Shown here piece after piece: positions 51,806-60,950 of a stretch of DNA of 64,000 nucleotides. The DNA lies in NCBI GenBank assembly GCA_963808855.1, contig CAWEHA010000003.1:55315-119314 (forward strand), written 5' to 3'. The translations under genes were made by a program, and so were the position numbers. How positions within the stretch are numbered: position 1 is the first letter of the stretch; every line of letters starts with the position of its first letter. The notes below the pieces were generated by a model. It saw nothing but the letters and a program-made list of their open reading frames with translations, was not told where the DNA came from and did no database searches. The DNA is from an uncultured Actinomycetota bacterium. Lineage in GTDB: Bacteria; Actinomycetota; Actinomycetes; Propionibacteriales; Nocardioidaceae.

Positions 51806-53320
51806 TCATGACAGGGGCACGTCTTGTCCGGCCCGCACGAAGGCGGTCTCGTAGGCCAGCAGCGCCGGTTGCACGAGCAGGCCGGCGACGGCGAGCAGCC
51901 AGCCGGGCTCGCCCGTCCACGCCACGGCGGCCAGCACCAGCGCGACGACGGTGGGGGCGACCTTGCCGCCCCAGAACAGCGAGCGGTAGCGGCCGCGGAG
52001 GATCGTGCGCGCCGCCACCGCGGCGCCGCGGCTGTGGTGGCGCCCGCCGAGGTCGAGACCCGAGATCAGCAGGTCGAGCACGCAGGCGACGACGAGCACG
52101 CGAGCCGCCAGGGCCATCCCGTCGGCGTCCAGCCCCGCCACGAGCCCGGCGACCGCCACGGCGCCGGCGCCGACCTCGGCCGCCTGCACGAGGAGGTGCG
52201 GCAGCAGCCAGCGGGACTGCCACAGGTCGCGCCCCTCGGCCTGCCGGAAGAGGAACGCGGTGTAGCCGGCGGCCGCGGCCGCGGCGACGATGGCGGGCAC
52301 GGCGAGCCAACGTTGCGCTGTTGCGGCGTCGGCGATGCCGGTGAGGAACCACGCCGTGCAGGCAGCGCCGAACGCCAGCAGGCAGTAGCCGCCGAGCACC
52401 AGCCACGAGCGGTGGTTGCCGCGGGTGAACAGGAACCAGAACCGCTCGGGCCGCTTGAGGTCCCACACCAGCAGTGCGCCGGTGACCGCCGCCCCGACCG
52501 CGCCCACCACCGGAGCCACGACCGCGCCGGTGGCACCGAGGTCGACGCCGAGGAGCACCGCGAGCGCCGCCACGAACAGCGCTCCCGCCCCGAGGCCCTT
52601 GGTCCACAGGTAGGTGATCACCCGCCAGCCCCACGGGCGCGGGTGCGCGGTGTTGAGGGTGGTGGCGGCCGTCGGGTCGGCGCCCTCGAAGTCGGCCGAC
52701 GTCGTGAGCCGGTGGTCGTCGGGCTGCGCCCAGATGTAGGTGTCGCGCACCGGTGCCTCGAGCGGGTCGAGCACCGCCTTCGCGGCGCCGAGGTAGAACA
52801 CGTTGGGCCCGGTGCCCTGGTCGGGCGCCCGGACGGCGGTCTCGTTGCTGGCGATCAACCGCGAGATGCCCGAGCTCTCGTCGTCGAGGTCGCCGACCCA
52901 GATCGAGTGGGTCGGGCACACCACCACGCAGGCGGGCTCGAGCCCGTCGTCCACCCGATGCGCGCAGAAGTTGCACTTGGCCGCGGTGTTGGTGTCGTCG
53001 TCGATGTAGATCGCGTCGTACGGGCACGCCTGCATGCACGACTTGCACCCGATGCAGGAGGAACTGTCGAAGTCGACGATGCCGTCGTCGCGCTTGAACA
53101 GCGCGTTCGTCGGACAGATCTTGATGCACGGCGCGTCGGTGCAGTGGTTGCAGCGCATCACGCCGAAGTCGCGGCGGGAGTCGGGGAAGGTGCCGGAGTC
53201 GACGTACTTGACCCAGGTGCGGAACTGTCCGACCGGCACCCGGTGCTCGGTCTTGCAGGCCACGGTGCACGCGTGGCACCCGATGCAGGTGTTCTGGTCG
53301 ATCGCGAAGCCGTACCTCAC
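51806..53320 (-). CDS. 4x[4Fe-4S] electron-transfer domain fused to NrfD/PsrC membrane anchor
   Basis: CIGCHAC, CNHCTDAPC, CIGCKSC, KCNFC..PACVVVCP, then WGWRVITYLW, DLKRPERF and TM helices. Confidence 0.92.
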   Translation of the reverse strand: MRYGFAIDQNTCIGCHACTVACKTEHRVPVGQFRTWVKYVDSGTFPDSRRDFGVMRCNHCTDAPCIKICPTNALFKRDDGIVDFDSSSCIGCKSCMQACPYDAIYIDDDTNTAAKCNFCAHRVDDGLEPACVVVCPTHSIWVGDLDDESSGISRLIASNETAVRAPDQGTGPNVFYLGAAKAVLDPLEAPVRDTYIWAQPDDHRLTTSADFEGADPTAATTLNTAHPRPWGWRVITYLWTKGLGAGALFVAALAVLLGVDLGATGAVVAPVVGAVGAAVTGALLVWDLKRPERFWFLFTRGNHRSWLVLGGYCLLAFGAACTAWFLTGIADAATAQRWLAVPAIVAAAAAAGYTAFLFRQAEGRDLWQSRWLLPHLLVQAAEVGAGAVAVAGLVAGLDADGMALAARVLVVACVLDLLISGLDLGGRHHSRGAAVAARTILRGRYRSLFWGGKVAPTVVALVLAAVAWTGEPGWLLAVAGLLVQPALLAYETAFVRAGQDVPLS

Positions 53321-53358
53321 GCGGGACCTTCCCTGGTGCTCGAACGCCGGTGGAAAGA

Positions 53359-53375
53359 GGTCTGTCCACTATAGT
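53359..53375. promoter_or_regulatory. FadR-type box GGTCTGTCCA abutting palindromic ACTATAGT (TATAGT -10 on both strands)
   Basis: Divergent intergenic region between the FeS-NrfD gene and fadR. Confidence 0.6.
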
Positions 53376-53419
53376 CATCCCGTCGGTGCCTCCACGCCGA
53401 CGGGACCGAACGGAGTGCG

Positions 53420-54169
53420 ATGACACCCGAGGACATGCTCGCGGGCTGGCAGCCCCTCGGCCAAGGCACCCTGGGCGACCGCATCAAGTCCGAGATCATG
53501 CGCGTGATCCGCGACCAGCGGCTCGGACCGGGCGACCGGCTGCCGTCCGAGCGCGACCTCGCCGCCACCCTCCGGGTCAGCCGGCCCTCGGTGCGCGAGG
53601 CGGTCCGGTCGCTGCAGGCCGAGGGACGCCTCGTCGTCCGGCACGGCCAGGGGGTCTTCGTCGCCGAGCCCGCGATGCAGCGCAACCTGCGCGAGTCGAT
53701 CGCCCAGCTCGACCACAGCCTGAGCGAGCTGTTCGCGATGCGGGAGGTGCTGGAGGTGCCGGCCGCGCGCTGGGCCGCGCAGCGCCAGGACCCCGAGGGC
53801 GTGCAGGCCGTGCAGGCCGCCTTCACCGACCTCGACGACGCGCTGCGGGTGGAGCCGCGCGACTTCGAGCAGCTCCAGCTGCTCGACGCCAACTTCCACC
53901 TCCGCATCGTGCAGGCGGCCGGGAACCGCCTGCTCGTGCAGAGCCAGGGCGTGCTGAACGAGCTCCTGCTCACGGGCATGCAGACCACCCTGGCGATCGA
54001 GGGCCGGGTCGACCAGTCCCGCGAGGAGCACCTGCGGATCCTCAACGCCATCCTCGACGGCGACGCAGCCTCGGCCGCCCGGGCCGCGCAGGCGCACGTC
54101 AACAACACCCGCCGCGCGGCGAACCGACGCATCGCCGAGGCCAACGCCCGGCTCGAGCCGAGTCCCTAG
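53420..54169 (+). CDS. FadR/GntR family regulator
   Basis: GDRLPSERDLA, VSRPSVREA, RHGQGVFV, DANFH, AAGNRLL. Confidence 0.93.
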   Translation: MTPEDMLAGWQPLGQGTLGDRIKSEIMRVIRDQRLGPGDRLPSERDLAATLRVSRPSVREAVRSLQAEGRLVVRHGQGVFVAEPAMQRNLRESIAQLDHSLSELFAMREVLEVPAARWAAQRQDPEGVQAVQAAFTDLDDALRVEPRDFEQLQLLDANFHLRIVQAAGNRLLVQSQGVLNELLLTGMQTTLAIEGRVDQSREEHLRILNAILDGDAASAARAAQAHVNNTRRAANRRIAEANARLEPSP

Positions 54170-54178
54170 GACTCGGGA

Positions 54179-55771
54179 GTGGCCGGGCTCCGTGCGGGGA
54201 GCAACTGGCTGACCCGTCCCTGTCGTGGCGACCTGGTGGCGGGGCTCACGGTCGCGCTCGTGCTCGTGCCCCAGTCGCTCGCCTACGCGGTCGTGGCCGG
54301 GATGCCGCCGGTCAACGGCCTGTACGCCGCCGCCGTCGCACCGCTGCTCGCCGGCCTGATCGGCTCCTCGCCGTACCTCTCCACCGGACCCGCGGCCCTC
54401 ACCAGCCTGCTCGTCCTGGGCTCGCTCGCGCCGTTCCCCGACCTCTCGGCGCCCGAGTACGTCGCCCACGCCGGACTGCTGGCGCTGGTGGTCGGCGCGT
54501 GCCGGGTGACGCTCGGGCTGGTGCGCGGCGGTGGGCTCGCCTACCTGATGAGCCAGCCGGTCGTCGTCGGCTTCACGGTGGCGGCCGCCGTCCTGATCTC
54601 CACCTCCCAGCTGCCTGCTGCGGTCGGCACCTCGGGCTCGTCCGACAGCCCGCTGGTGTCGGCCGTGGGACTCCTCGACGACGTCGGCGCGTGGTCGTGG
54701 GCGGCGATCCTCGTCTCGATCGCCACGTTCGCTGGCACGCTGCTCGCCCGCCGGGTGCACCCGCTGCTGCCCGGCGGCTTCCTGGTCGCCGTCCTCGCGC
54801 TGCTCGTCGTGCGCTCGGGGTGGCTCGACCAGCCCGTCGTCGGCACCATCCCCTCCGGCCTGCCGCCGTTCAGCCTCGACCTGCCGTGGGCGTCGCTCCC
54901 CTCGCTGCTCGTGCCGGGCGTGGTGATCGCGCTCGTCGGATTCGCCGAGCCCGCCGCGATCGCGCGCCGCTACGCCTCCGCCGAGCGCCAGCCGTGGGAC
55001 CCCGACCGCGAGCTGGTCGGCCAGGGCCTCGCGAACCTCGGCGTCGCCGTCACCGGCGGCTTCGCCGTCGGCGGCTCGTTCTCCCGCTCCTCCCTCAACA
55101 GGCTCTCCGGGGCCAAGTCGCGGTGGAGCGGCGTCGTGTCCGGCGCCGTGGTGCTCGCCTTCCTCCCGTTCACGGGCGTGCTGTCGGGCCTGCCCGTCGC
55201 CGTCCTGGCCGGCCTCGTGCTGGCGGCGATGGTCACCCTCCTCGACCCGCGGCCGCTGCTCCGCACGTGGCGGTACTCGCGTCCCCAGTTCGTCGTGGCC
55301 CTGGTGACGGCGGTCGTCTGCCTCGCGGCCGCTCCCGAGGTGCAGTGGGGCGTCGTCGCCGGCGTCGGCCTCGCGCTCGGCATCCACCTGTGGCGCGAGC
55401 GCCGGCTCGACGTCGACGTCTGGGACGAGCACGACCTCCTCCACGTGCGACCCCAGGGCGTCCTCTACTTCGGCTCCGCGCCGGCCCTCGAGACCCGCAT
55501 CCTCCGCGAGCTCGCCGAGCATCCCGGGCTGCGCCGGGTCGAGCTGCATCTGCAGCGGCTCGGCCGGGTCGACCTCACGGGCGCCCTGGTGCTGCGCGAC
55601 ATCTGCCGCGACCTCGCCGCGGCCGACGTCGCGGTGGTGATCAGTGGCGCGCAGCCGCAGAGCCGCCGCCTCATCGGCACGGTGCTCGCCGGCGAGGGCG
55701 TCGACCACACCCACGGGCCCCGCAACACCGTCTCCCCCGCCCACCCCCGCCTGCGGGAGCGCCCGACGTGA
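54179..55771 (+). CDS. SulP family anion transporter with STAS domain
   Basis: DLVAGLTVALVLVPQSLAYA, LSTGPA, RELVGQGLAN, GSFSRS, LYFGSA. Confidence 0.93.
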   Translation: MAGLRAGSNWLTRPCRGDLVAGLTVALVLVPQSLAYAVVAGMPPVNGLYAAAVAPLLAGLIGSSPYLSTGPAALTSLLVLGSLAPFPDLSAPEYVAHAGLLALVVGACRVTLGLVRGGGLAYLMSQPVVVGFTVAAAVLISTSQLPAAVGTSGSSDSPLVSAVGLLDDVGAWSWAAILVSIATFAGTLLARRVHPLLPGGFLVAVLALLVVRSGWLDQPVVGTIPSGLPPFSLDLPWASLPSLLVPGVVIALVGFAEPAAIARRYASAERQPWDPDRELVGQGLANLGVAVTGGFAVGGSFSRSSLNRLSGAKSRWSGVVSGAVVLAFLPFTGVLSGLPVAVLAGLVLAAMVTLLDPRPLLRTWRYSRPQFVVALVTAVVCLAAAPEVQWGVVAGVGLALGIHLWRERRLDVDVWDEHDLLHVRPQGVLYFGSAPALETRILRELAEHPGLRRVELHLQRLGRVDLTGALVLRDICRDLAAADVAVVISGAQPQSRRLIGTVLAGEGVDHTHGPRNTVSPAHPRLRERPT

Positions 55772-55895
55772 ACGCCCGTTGAGCCGTCCCCCCACGGGCC
55801 GGCCCAACGGACGCAGAGTCACAGTTCCCGACCTGGCGAGACTTATCGCAAGGTCCGCTCAAGATCGCCTCAAGAACAACCCGGGCGCCGAGTCG

Positions 55896-57356
55896 CTACC
55901 AGCTGACGGCGACGTACTTCGACTCGAGATAGTCGAGCATGCCCTCGTGGCCGCCCTCGCGGCCGACGCCGGACTGCTTGGTGCCGCCGAAGGGGGCGGC
56001 GGGATCGGAGACGAGGCCGCGGTTGAGGCCGACCATGCCGGAGTCGAGCCGCTCGCTGAGCCGCAGCCCGCGGGCGAGGTCGGCGGTGTAGACGTAGGAC
56101 ACCAGGCCGTACTCGGTGTCGTTGGCCATCGCCACCACCTCGTCCTCCGAGGTGAAGGTGACGATCGGGGCCACCGGGCCGAAGATCTCCTCCGCCAGGA
56201 TGCCGGCGTCGCCGGGCACGTCGGCGAGCACGGTGGGCTCGAAGTAGAAGCCCTCCCGGTCGGGCCGCGCGCCCCCGACGAGCACGCGCGCGCCGGCGTC
56301 GACGGCGCCGCGGACGAGCTCGTCGACCTTGCCGGCCGTCTCGTCGTTGACCAGCGGGCCGACCTCGGTGCCGTCGGCGGTGCCGGGTCCGAGGCGCATC
56401 GCGCCCATCCGGTTCGCCAGTCGCTGGCCGAACTCCTCGGCCACGTCGGCGTGCACGTAGAAGCGGTTGGCGGCGGTGCAGGCCTCACCGGCGTTGCGCA
56501 TCTTGGCCACCATGGCGCCGTCGAGTGCGGCGTCGAGGTCGGCGTCGTCGAGCACGACGAACGGAGCGTTGCCGCCGAGCTCCATCGAGCAGTTGACCAC
56601 CTGGTCGGCGGCTTCGCGCAGCAGCACCCGCCCCACCTCGGTGCTTCCGGTGAACGACAGCTTGCGCACCCGCGGGTCGTGGAGCATCGCCGACACCACC
56701 GCACCCGAGCGCCGGGCCGGCAGCACGTTCACGACGCCGGCCGGCACGCCGGCGTCCTCGAGGATCTTGGCCATCAGCAGCGCGGTGAGGGGCGTGTCGC
56801 TCGCCGGCTTGAGGACGACGGTGCAGCCGGCCGCCAGCGCCGGGCCGATCTTGCGGGTGGCCATCGCCGCCGGGAAGTTCCACGGCGTCACGAGCACGCA
56901 GATGCCCACCGGCTGCCGCAGCACCACGATCTTGTTCGCACCCGACGGCGCGGTCATCACCGAGCCCTCGGCGCGCACCGCCTCCTCGGCGTACCAGCGG
57001 AAGAACTCCGCCGCGTAGGCCACCTCGCCGCGGGCGTCGGGGAGGGCCTTGCCGTTCTCCAGCGAGATCAGGTGCGCGAGGTCGTCGGCCCGCCCGGTCA
57101 TCAGCTCGAAGGCGCGGCGCAGCACCTCGGAGCGCTCGCGCGGTGCGGCGGCGGCCCAGGCCCCGGCCGCGGCGTCGGCGGCGTCGACGGCGGCCATCGC
57201 GTCGTCGACCGTGCCGTCGGCCACCGAGGTGAGCGCCGCGCCGGTGGCGGGGTCGATCACGTCGAAGCGCCCGCCGTCGGAGGCCGGCACCGCCTTGCCG
57301 CCGACGTAGAGGTCGACGGGCAGGTCGGGGAGGTCAGCGAGAGAGAAATCGCCCAT
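55896..57356 (-). CDS. gabD: NAD(P)-dependent succinate-semialdehyde dehydrogenase
   Basis: TPWNFPAAMATRK, SFTGSTEVG, MELGGNAP, AGEACT, EEIFGP. Confidence 0.9.
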   Translation of the reverse strand: MGDFSLADLPDLPVDLYVGGKAVPASDGGRFDVIDPATGAALTSVADGTVDDAMAAVDAADAAAGAWAAAAPRERSEVLRRAFELMTGRADDLAHLISLENGKALPDARGEVAYAAEFFRWYAEEAVRAEGSVMTAPSGANKIVVLRQPVGICVLVTPWNFPAAMATRKIGPALAAGCTVVLKPASDTPLTALLMAKILEDAGVPAGVVNVLPARRSGAVVSAMLHDPRVRKLSFTGSTEVGRVLLREAADQVVNCSMELGGNAPFVVLDDADLDAALDGAMVAKMRNAGEACTAANRFYVHADVAEEFGQRLANRMGAMRLGPGTADGTEVGPLVNDETAGKVDELVRGAVDAGARVLVGGARPDREGFYFEPTVLADVPGDAGILAEEIFGPVAPIVTFTSEDEVVAMANDTEYGLVSYVYTADLARGLRLSERLDSGMVGLNRGLVSDPAAPFGGTKQSGVGREGGHEGMLDYLESKYVAVSW

Positions 57357-57368
57357 GGTCGAGGCCTT

Positions 57369-58613
57369 TCAGTACGGGTTGGTGACGAACAGCTCCTCCG
57401 CGGGGAAGAGCGTGAGCACCCGCGGGCCGTCCTCGGTGATGACGATCTCCTCCTCGATGCGGGCCGCGGAGACACCGTCGCTGGCCGGGCAGTAGGTCTC
57501 GAGCGCGAAGACCATGCCGACCTGGAGCTCCACGGGCTCCTTCATCGAGTTGAGCCGGGAGATGATCGGGCGCTCGTGCAGCCCGAGCCCGAGGCCGTGC
57601 GCGAACTGCAGACCGAACGCCTGCATCTCGGACTCGAAGCCGAACTCCTCGGCCGCCGGCAGCAGCGCGGCCACCTCGTCGGTGCCGACGCCGGCCTTGA
57701 TGCCGTCGATGCCGCGGTCCATCCACTCCCGCGCCGTCTTGTACGCGTCGCGCTGCGCCGGCGTCGACCGGCCCACGGCGAACGTGCGGTAGTAGCAGGT
57801 GCGATAGCCGTTGAAGGAGTGGATGATGTCGAAGAACGCCTGGTCGCCGGGGCGCACCAGCCGGTCGGTGAAGTTGTGCGGGTGCGGGTTGCACCGCTCG
57901 CCGGAGATCGCGTTGATCGCCTCCACCTGGTCGGAGCCCATCTCGTAGAGCCGCTGGTTCGCCAGCGCCACGATCTGGTTCTCCCGCACGCCTGGCTTCA
58001 GCGCCTCGGTGATGTCCTGGTAGACGCCGTCGACCATCGCGACCGCCTGGTTGAGCAGGGTGATCTCGTCGGTGGACTTGATGCAGCGGGCGTCGAGCAT
58101 GTGCTGCTGGGCGTCGACGACGGTGAGCCCCTGCGCCTGCATCTCGAAGAGGAACGGCGGCTCCACGATGTCGACGCCGACCGGCAGGTCGGCCACGCCG
58201 GCCTCGACGAGCAACGACTTGATCTCCTGCACCGCGGACTTCATGAGCCCCACGGTCGGCGCCACGGCGCCGCGGAAGCCGAGGAAGCCCGCGCGGTAGT
58301 TCTCCTCCGGCACCCACTGCGAGTAGATCTTGTGGTGCTTCACCGCCGAGCCGAAGTCCCAGAGCACCGGGTCCTGGCCACGGGTGAGCAGCGCGTAGCG
58401 GATCATCTTGTCGCCGAGAGCGCCGCCGATCCACGTCTGCGTGGTGTAGCGGATGTTGTAGAAGTCGAAGAGCAGGAACGCCCCGCACTCGCTGGCCTCG
58501 AGCGCCTCCTTGGCGCGGCCGATGCGGTAGCGCCGCAGCCGGTCGAAGTCGACCCGCTCCTCGTAGTCGACCCCCATGTGGCCGGGGGCCGCGAGCGGTC
58601 TCCCGGCCGTCAC
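57369..58613 (-). CDS. M24 (pita-bread) family enzyme
   Basis: ARCIKS.DEI, FAHGLGLGLHERP, ALETY, RIEEE. Confidence 0.9.
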   Translation of the reverse strand: MTAGRPLAAPGHMGVDYEERVDFDRLRRYRIGRAKEALEASECGAFLLFDFYNIRYTTQTWIGGALGDKMIRYALLTRGQDPVLWDFGSAVKHHKIYSQWVPEENYRAGFLGFRGAVAPTVGLMKSAVQEIKSLLVEAGVADLPVGVDIVEPPFLFEMQAQGLTVVDAQQHMLDARCIKSTDEITLLNQAVAMVDGVYQDITEALKPGVRENQIVALANQRLYEMGSDQVEAINAISGERCNPHPHNFTDRLVRPGDQAFFDIIHSFNGYRTCYYRTFAVGRSTPAQRDAYKTAREWMDRGIDGIKAGVGTDEVAALLPAAEEFGFESEMQAFGLQFAHGLGLGLHERPIISRLNSMKEPVELQVGMVFALETYCPASDGVSAARIEEEIVITEDGPRVLTLFPAEELFVTNPY

Positions 58614-59572
58614 CCGCCGAGCCCGTCGTCGACGTCGACGTTCTCGGGCTTGAGCGTGAGGCCGGAGGCGTGTGCCTGGAGGTCGAGCAGGATGGCGAAG
58701 TCCTCCTCCACCCGGCCGCTGCTCACGGTGGCCTGGACGGCGGCCGCGGTGGCGGCGGCCACCGGCATCGGCACGTCGTGCTCGTGCGCGGCGGCGAAGC
58801 CCAGCTCGAGGTCCTTGCGGAGCAGCACGGGGGTGAAGGTCGGCGTGTAGTCGAGGTTCACGAATGCCGGCGTCTTGTACCGGGTGAACATCGACCCCAT
58901 CACCGAGTTGTTGAGGAAGTCGAGGAACGCGGCGCGGGTCATGCCGCCCTTCTCGGCCAGCACGGTCACCTCGGCCATGCTCTGGGTGACGACGCCGAGC
59001 ATCACGTTGTGGCAGATCTTGGCCAGGCGCGCGAGGTCGTCCTCGCCCACGTAGGTGGCGGCGCGGCCGAGGTGCGCCAGCAGCGGCGCCACGCGCAGGT
59101 AGGTCTCCTCGGGTCCGGACACCACGAGGCTGAGCTCGCCGGCCTTCACCACCTTGGCGTTGCCGCTCACCGGCGCGGCGAGGAACGCCACGCCGCGCTC
59201 GGCGCAGCGTGCCCGCATCTCGGCGGACGACTCGATCGACACCGTCGAGCAGTCGACGACCACGCCGGGAAGAGAGTCGGGGTCGGCGAGCAGGCCGCCG
59301 TCGCCCACGAGCACCTGCTCGAGGTCGGCCGGCGTCGACACCATCGTGAACACGACGTCGAGCGAGCGGAGGTCACCGATGGTGTCGGCCACGGCGCACC
59401 CCACGTCGGCGAGCGCCTCGGCCTTGGCGCGGGTGCGGTTCCAGACCGTGACGTCCTCCCCCGCGCCGGCGAGCCGGCCGGCCATCGCCGCGCCCATCCG
59501 GCCGGCACCGATCCAGCCGATCCGGAGGGTGCGGTCGGCGGGCGGCTCGGTGGCCGTGGGGGTGTCGGTCAT
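58610..59572 (-). CDS. Beta-hydroxyacid dehydrogenase (6PGD/3-hydroxyisobutyrate DH family)
   Basis: GWIGAGRMG, VDCSTV, AAPVSG, AKICHN. Confidence 0.9.
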   Translation of the reverse strand: MTDTPTATEPPADRTLRIGWIGAGRMGAAMAGRLAGAGEDVTVWNRTRAKAEALADVGCAVADTIGDLRSLDVVFTMVSTPADLEQVLVGDGGLLADPDSLPGVVVDCSTVSIESSAEMRARCAERGVAFLAAPVSGNAKVVKAGELSLVVSGPEETYLRVAPLLAHLGRAATYVGEDDLARLAKICHNVMLGVVTQSMAEVTVLAEKGGMTRAAFLDFLNNSVMGSMFTRYKTPAFVNLDYTPTFTPVLLRKDLELGFAAAHEHDVPMPVAAATAAAVQATVSSGRVEEDFAILLDLQAHASGLTLKPENVDVDDGLGG

Positions 59573-59599
59573 CGGTGGGCCTCCAGCACGGATCAGGAA

Positions 59600-59672
59600 T
59601 GCAAACGAGTGCAGTGTCTCGGCTGCGCAAACCCGGTGTCAAGCCACGCAAGGCCCGATGCAATCGGTTGCA
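59600..59672 (-). promoter_or_regulatory. Internal promoter (TTGACA 59637-42) flanked by two TGCAA-N4-(T/G)TGCA-type boxes
   Basis: TGCAAACGAGTGCA (59600) and TGCAATCGGTTGCA (59659). Confidence 0.6.
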
Positions 59673-59681
59673 GGAAACTGC

Positions 59682-60947
59682 TCAGGCGAGGATCGTGATC
59701 GGGTGCTCGACGACCTCGCGGAACGCGGCGAGCCAGCGTGCGGCCACCGCGCCGTCGACGGGCCGGTGGTCCACCGACAGCGTCACGGTCACGACCCGCC
59801 CGACGGCGAGCACGCCGTCGTCCACCACGGGCTCCTCGCGCACCGCCCCCACGGCCAGGATCGCCGCGTGCGGCGGGTTGATGATCGCCGCGAACTCCTC
59901 GACGCCGTACATGCCGAGGTTGGTGACGCTGATCGAGCCGCCCTCGAGCTCGTCCTGGCGCAGCCGGCCCGCGCGGGCGCGCTCGGCGAGGTCGCGCAGG
60001 CTGGTGGCGAGCCGGGTGAGCGTCAGCGAGCCGACGTCGCGCACCACCGGCGTCACCAGACCCCGGTCCGTGGCCACCGCCACGGCGACGTCGACGGTGT
60101 CGAAGGTGCGCACCGCGTCGGGGGTCCAGACGACGTTCAGCTCCGGCACCCGTCGATGGGCGACGGCCACCGCCTTCACCAGCAGGTCGGTCACCGACAC
60201 CCGCACCTCGGCCGCGCGGTTGACCTCCTCCCGCAGCGCCACCAGCGCGTCCGCCCGCAGCGTGGCGCGCAGGTAGAAGTGCGGCGCCTCCCGCTTGCTC
60301 TCCTGCAGCCGCGCGGCGACGGCGCGCCGCAGCCGGCTGTGCGGCACCTCGCCGGCCGATGCCTCCACCGGCGCCGGCTGCTCCGGCGCGGGGACGGCGG
60401 TGCGGGCGGCGACGGCGCGCTCGACGTCGCGGCGCAGCACCCGGTTGCGGGGGCCGGTGCCGGGGATCTCGTCGATCGGGAGGTTGGCCGCAGCGGCGAG
60501 CTTGCGGGCCAGCGGGCTGCTGAAGACGCGGCCGTTGCGGACCGGCGTCACCGGCACGTCCGACACAGGGGTCTCCACGAGCGGCGCACCCGAGCTCGGG
60601 TCGACGTCGGGGACGCCGGGCTCCGGCACGTCGCGACGCTCCGGCACGGTGGCGGCCACGGGCTCCGCCACCCCGAGCTCGGCGAACAGGGCGTCGCGGT
60701 CGGTCACCTGCTCGCCGGGGTCGCCGAGCACGGCGATCGGGGCGCCGACCTCCACCGCGGAGCCCGGGCCCACCAGCGTGGCGAGCACGGTGCCGGCCAC
60801 CTCGGCCTCGACGTCGACCAGCGCCTTCTCGGTCTCGACGGTGGCGATCACCTCGCCGGCAGCGAAGTCACCGGTCACCAGCCACTCGGCGAGCACCGCC
60901 TCGGTGGCATTGGCCGCCACCTCGGGCATGCGCAGGACCCGGGCCAT
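59682..60947 (-). CDS. 2-oxoacid dehydrogenase E2 (dihydrolipoamide acyltransferase)
   Basis: Lipoyl VETEKA, E3/E1-binding SPLARKLA, catalytic DHRPVDG. Confidence 0.95.
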   Translation of the reverse strand: MARVLRMPEVAANATEAVLAEWLVTGDFAAGEVIATVETEKALVDVEAEVAGTVLATLVGPGSAVEVGAPIAVLGDPGEQVTDRDALFAELGVAEPVAATVPERRDVPEPGVPDVDPSSGAPLVETPVSDVPVTPVRNGRVFSSPLARKLAAAANLPIDEIPGTGPRNRVLRRDVERAVAARTAVPAPEQPAPVEASAGEVPHSRLRRAVAARLQESKREAPHFYLRATLRADALVALREEVNRAAEVRVSVTDLLVKAVAVAHRRVPELNVVWTPDAVRTFDTVDVAVAVATDRGLVTPVVRDVGSLTLTRLATSLRDLAERARAGRLRQDELEGGSISVTNLGMYGVEEFAAIINPPHAAILAVGAVREEPVVDDGVLAVGRVVTVTLSVDHRPVDGAVAARWLAAFREVVEHPITILA

Positions 60948-60950
60948 GGC

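Noticed and set aside
55770-55895. Possible repeat or terminator between sulP and gabD
   Set aside because: No clear inverted partner or second copy in the window.
47846-58850. Very long track ORFs (1267 aa 47846..51649, 1058 aa 49168..52344, 1068 aa 55644..58850)
   Set aside because: Off-frame or antisense shadows of real genes, Arg/Gly/Pro-rich, expected in high-GC DNA; only the last 372 aa of the first is real (Mrp).
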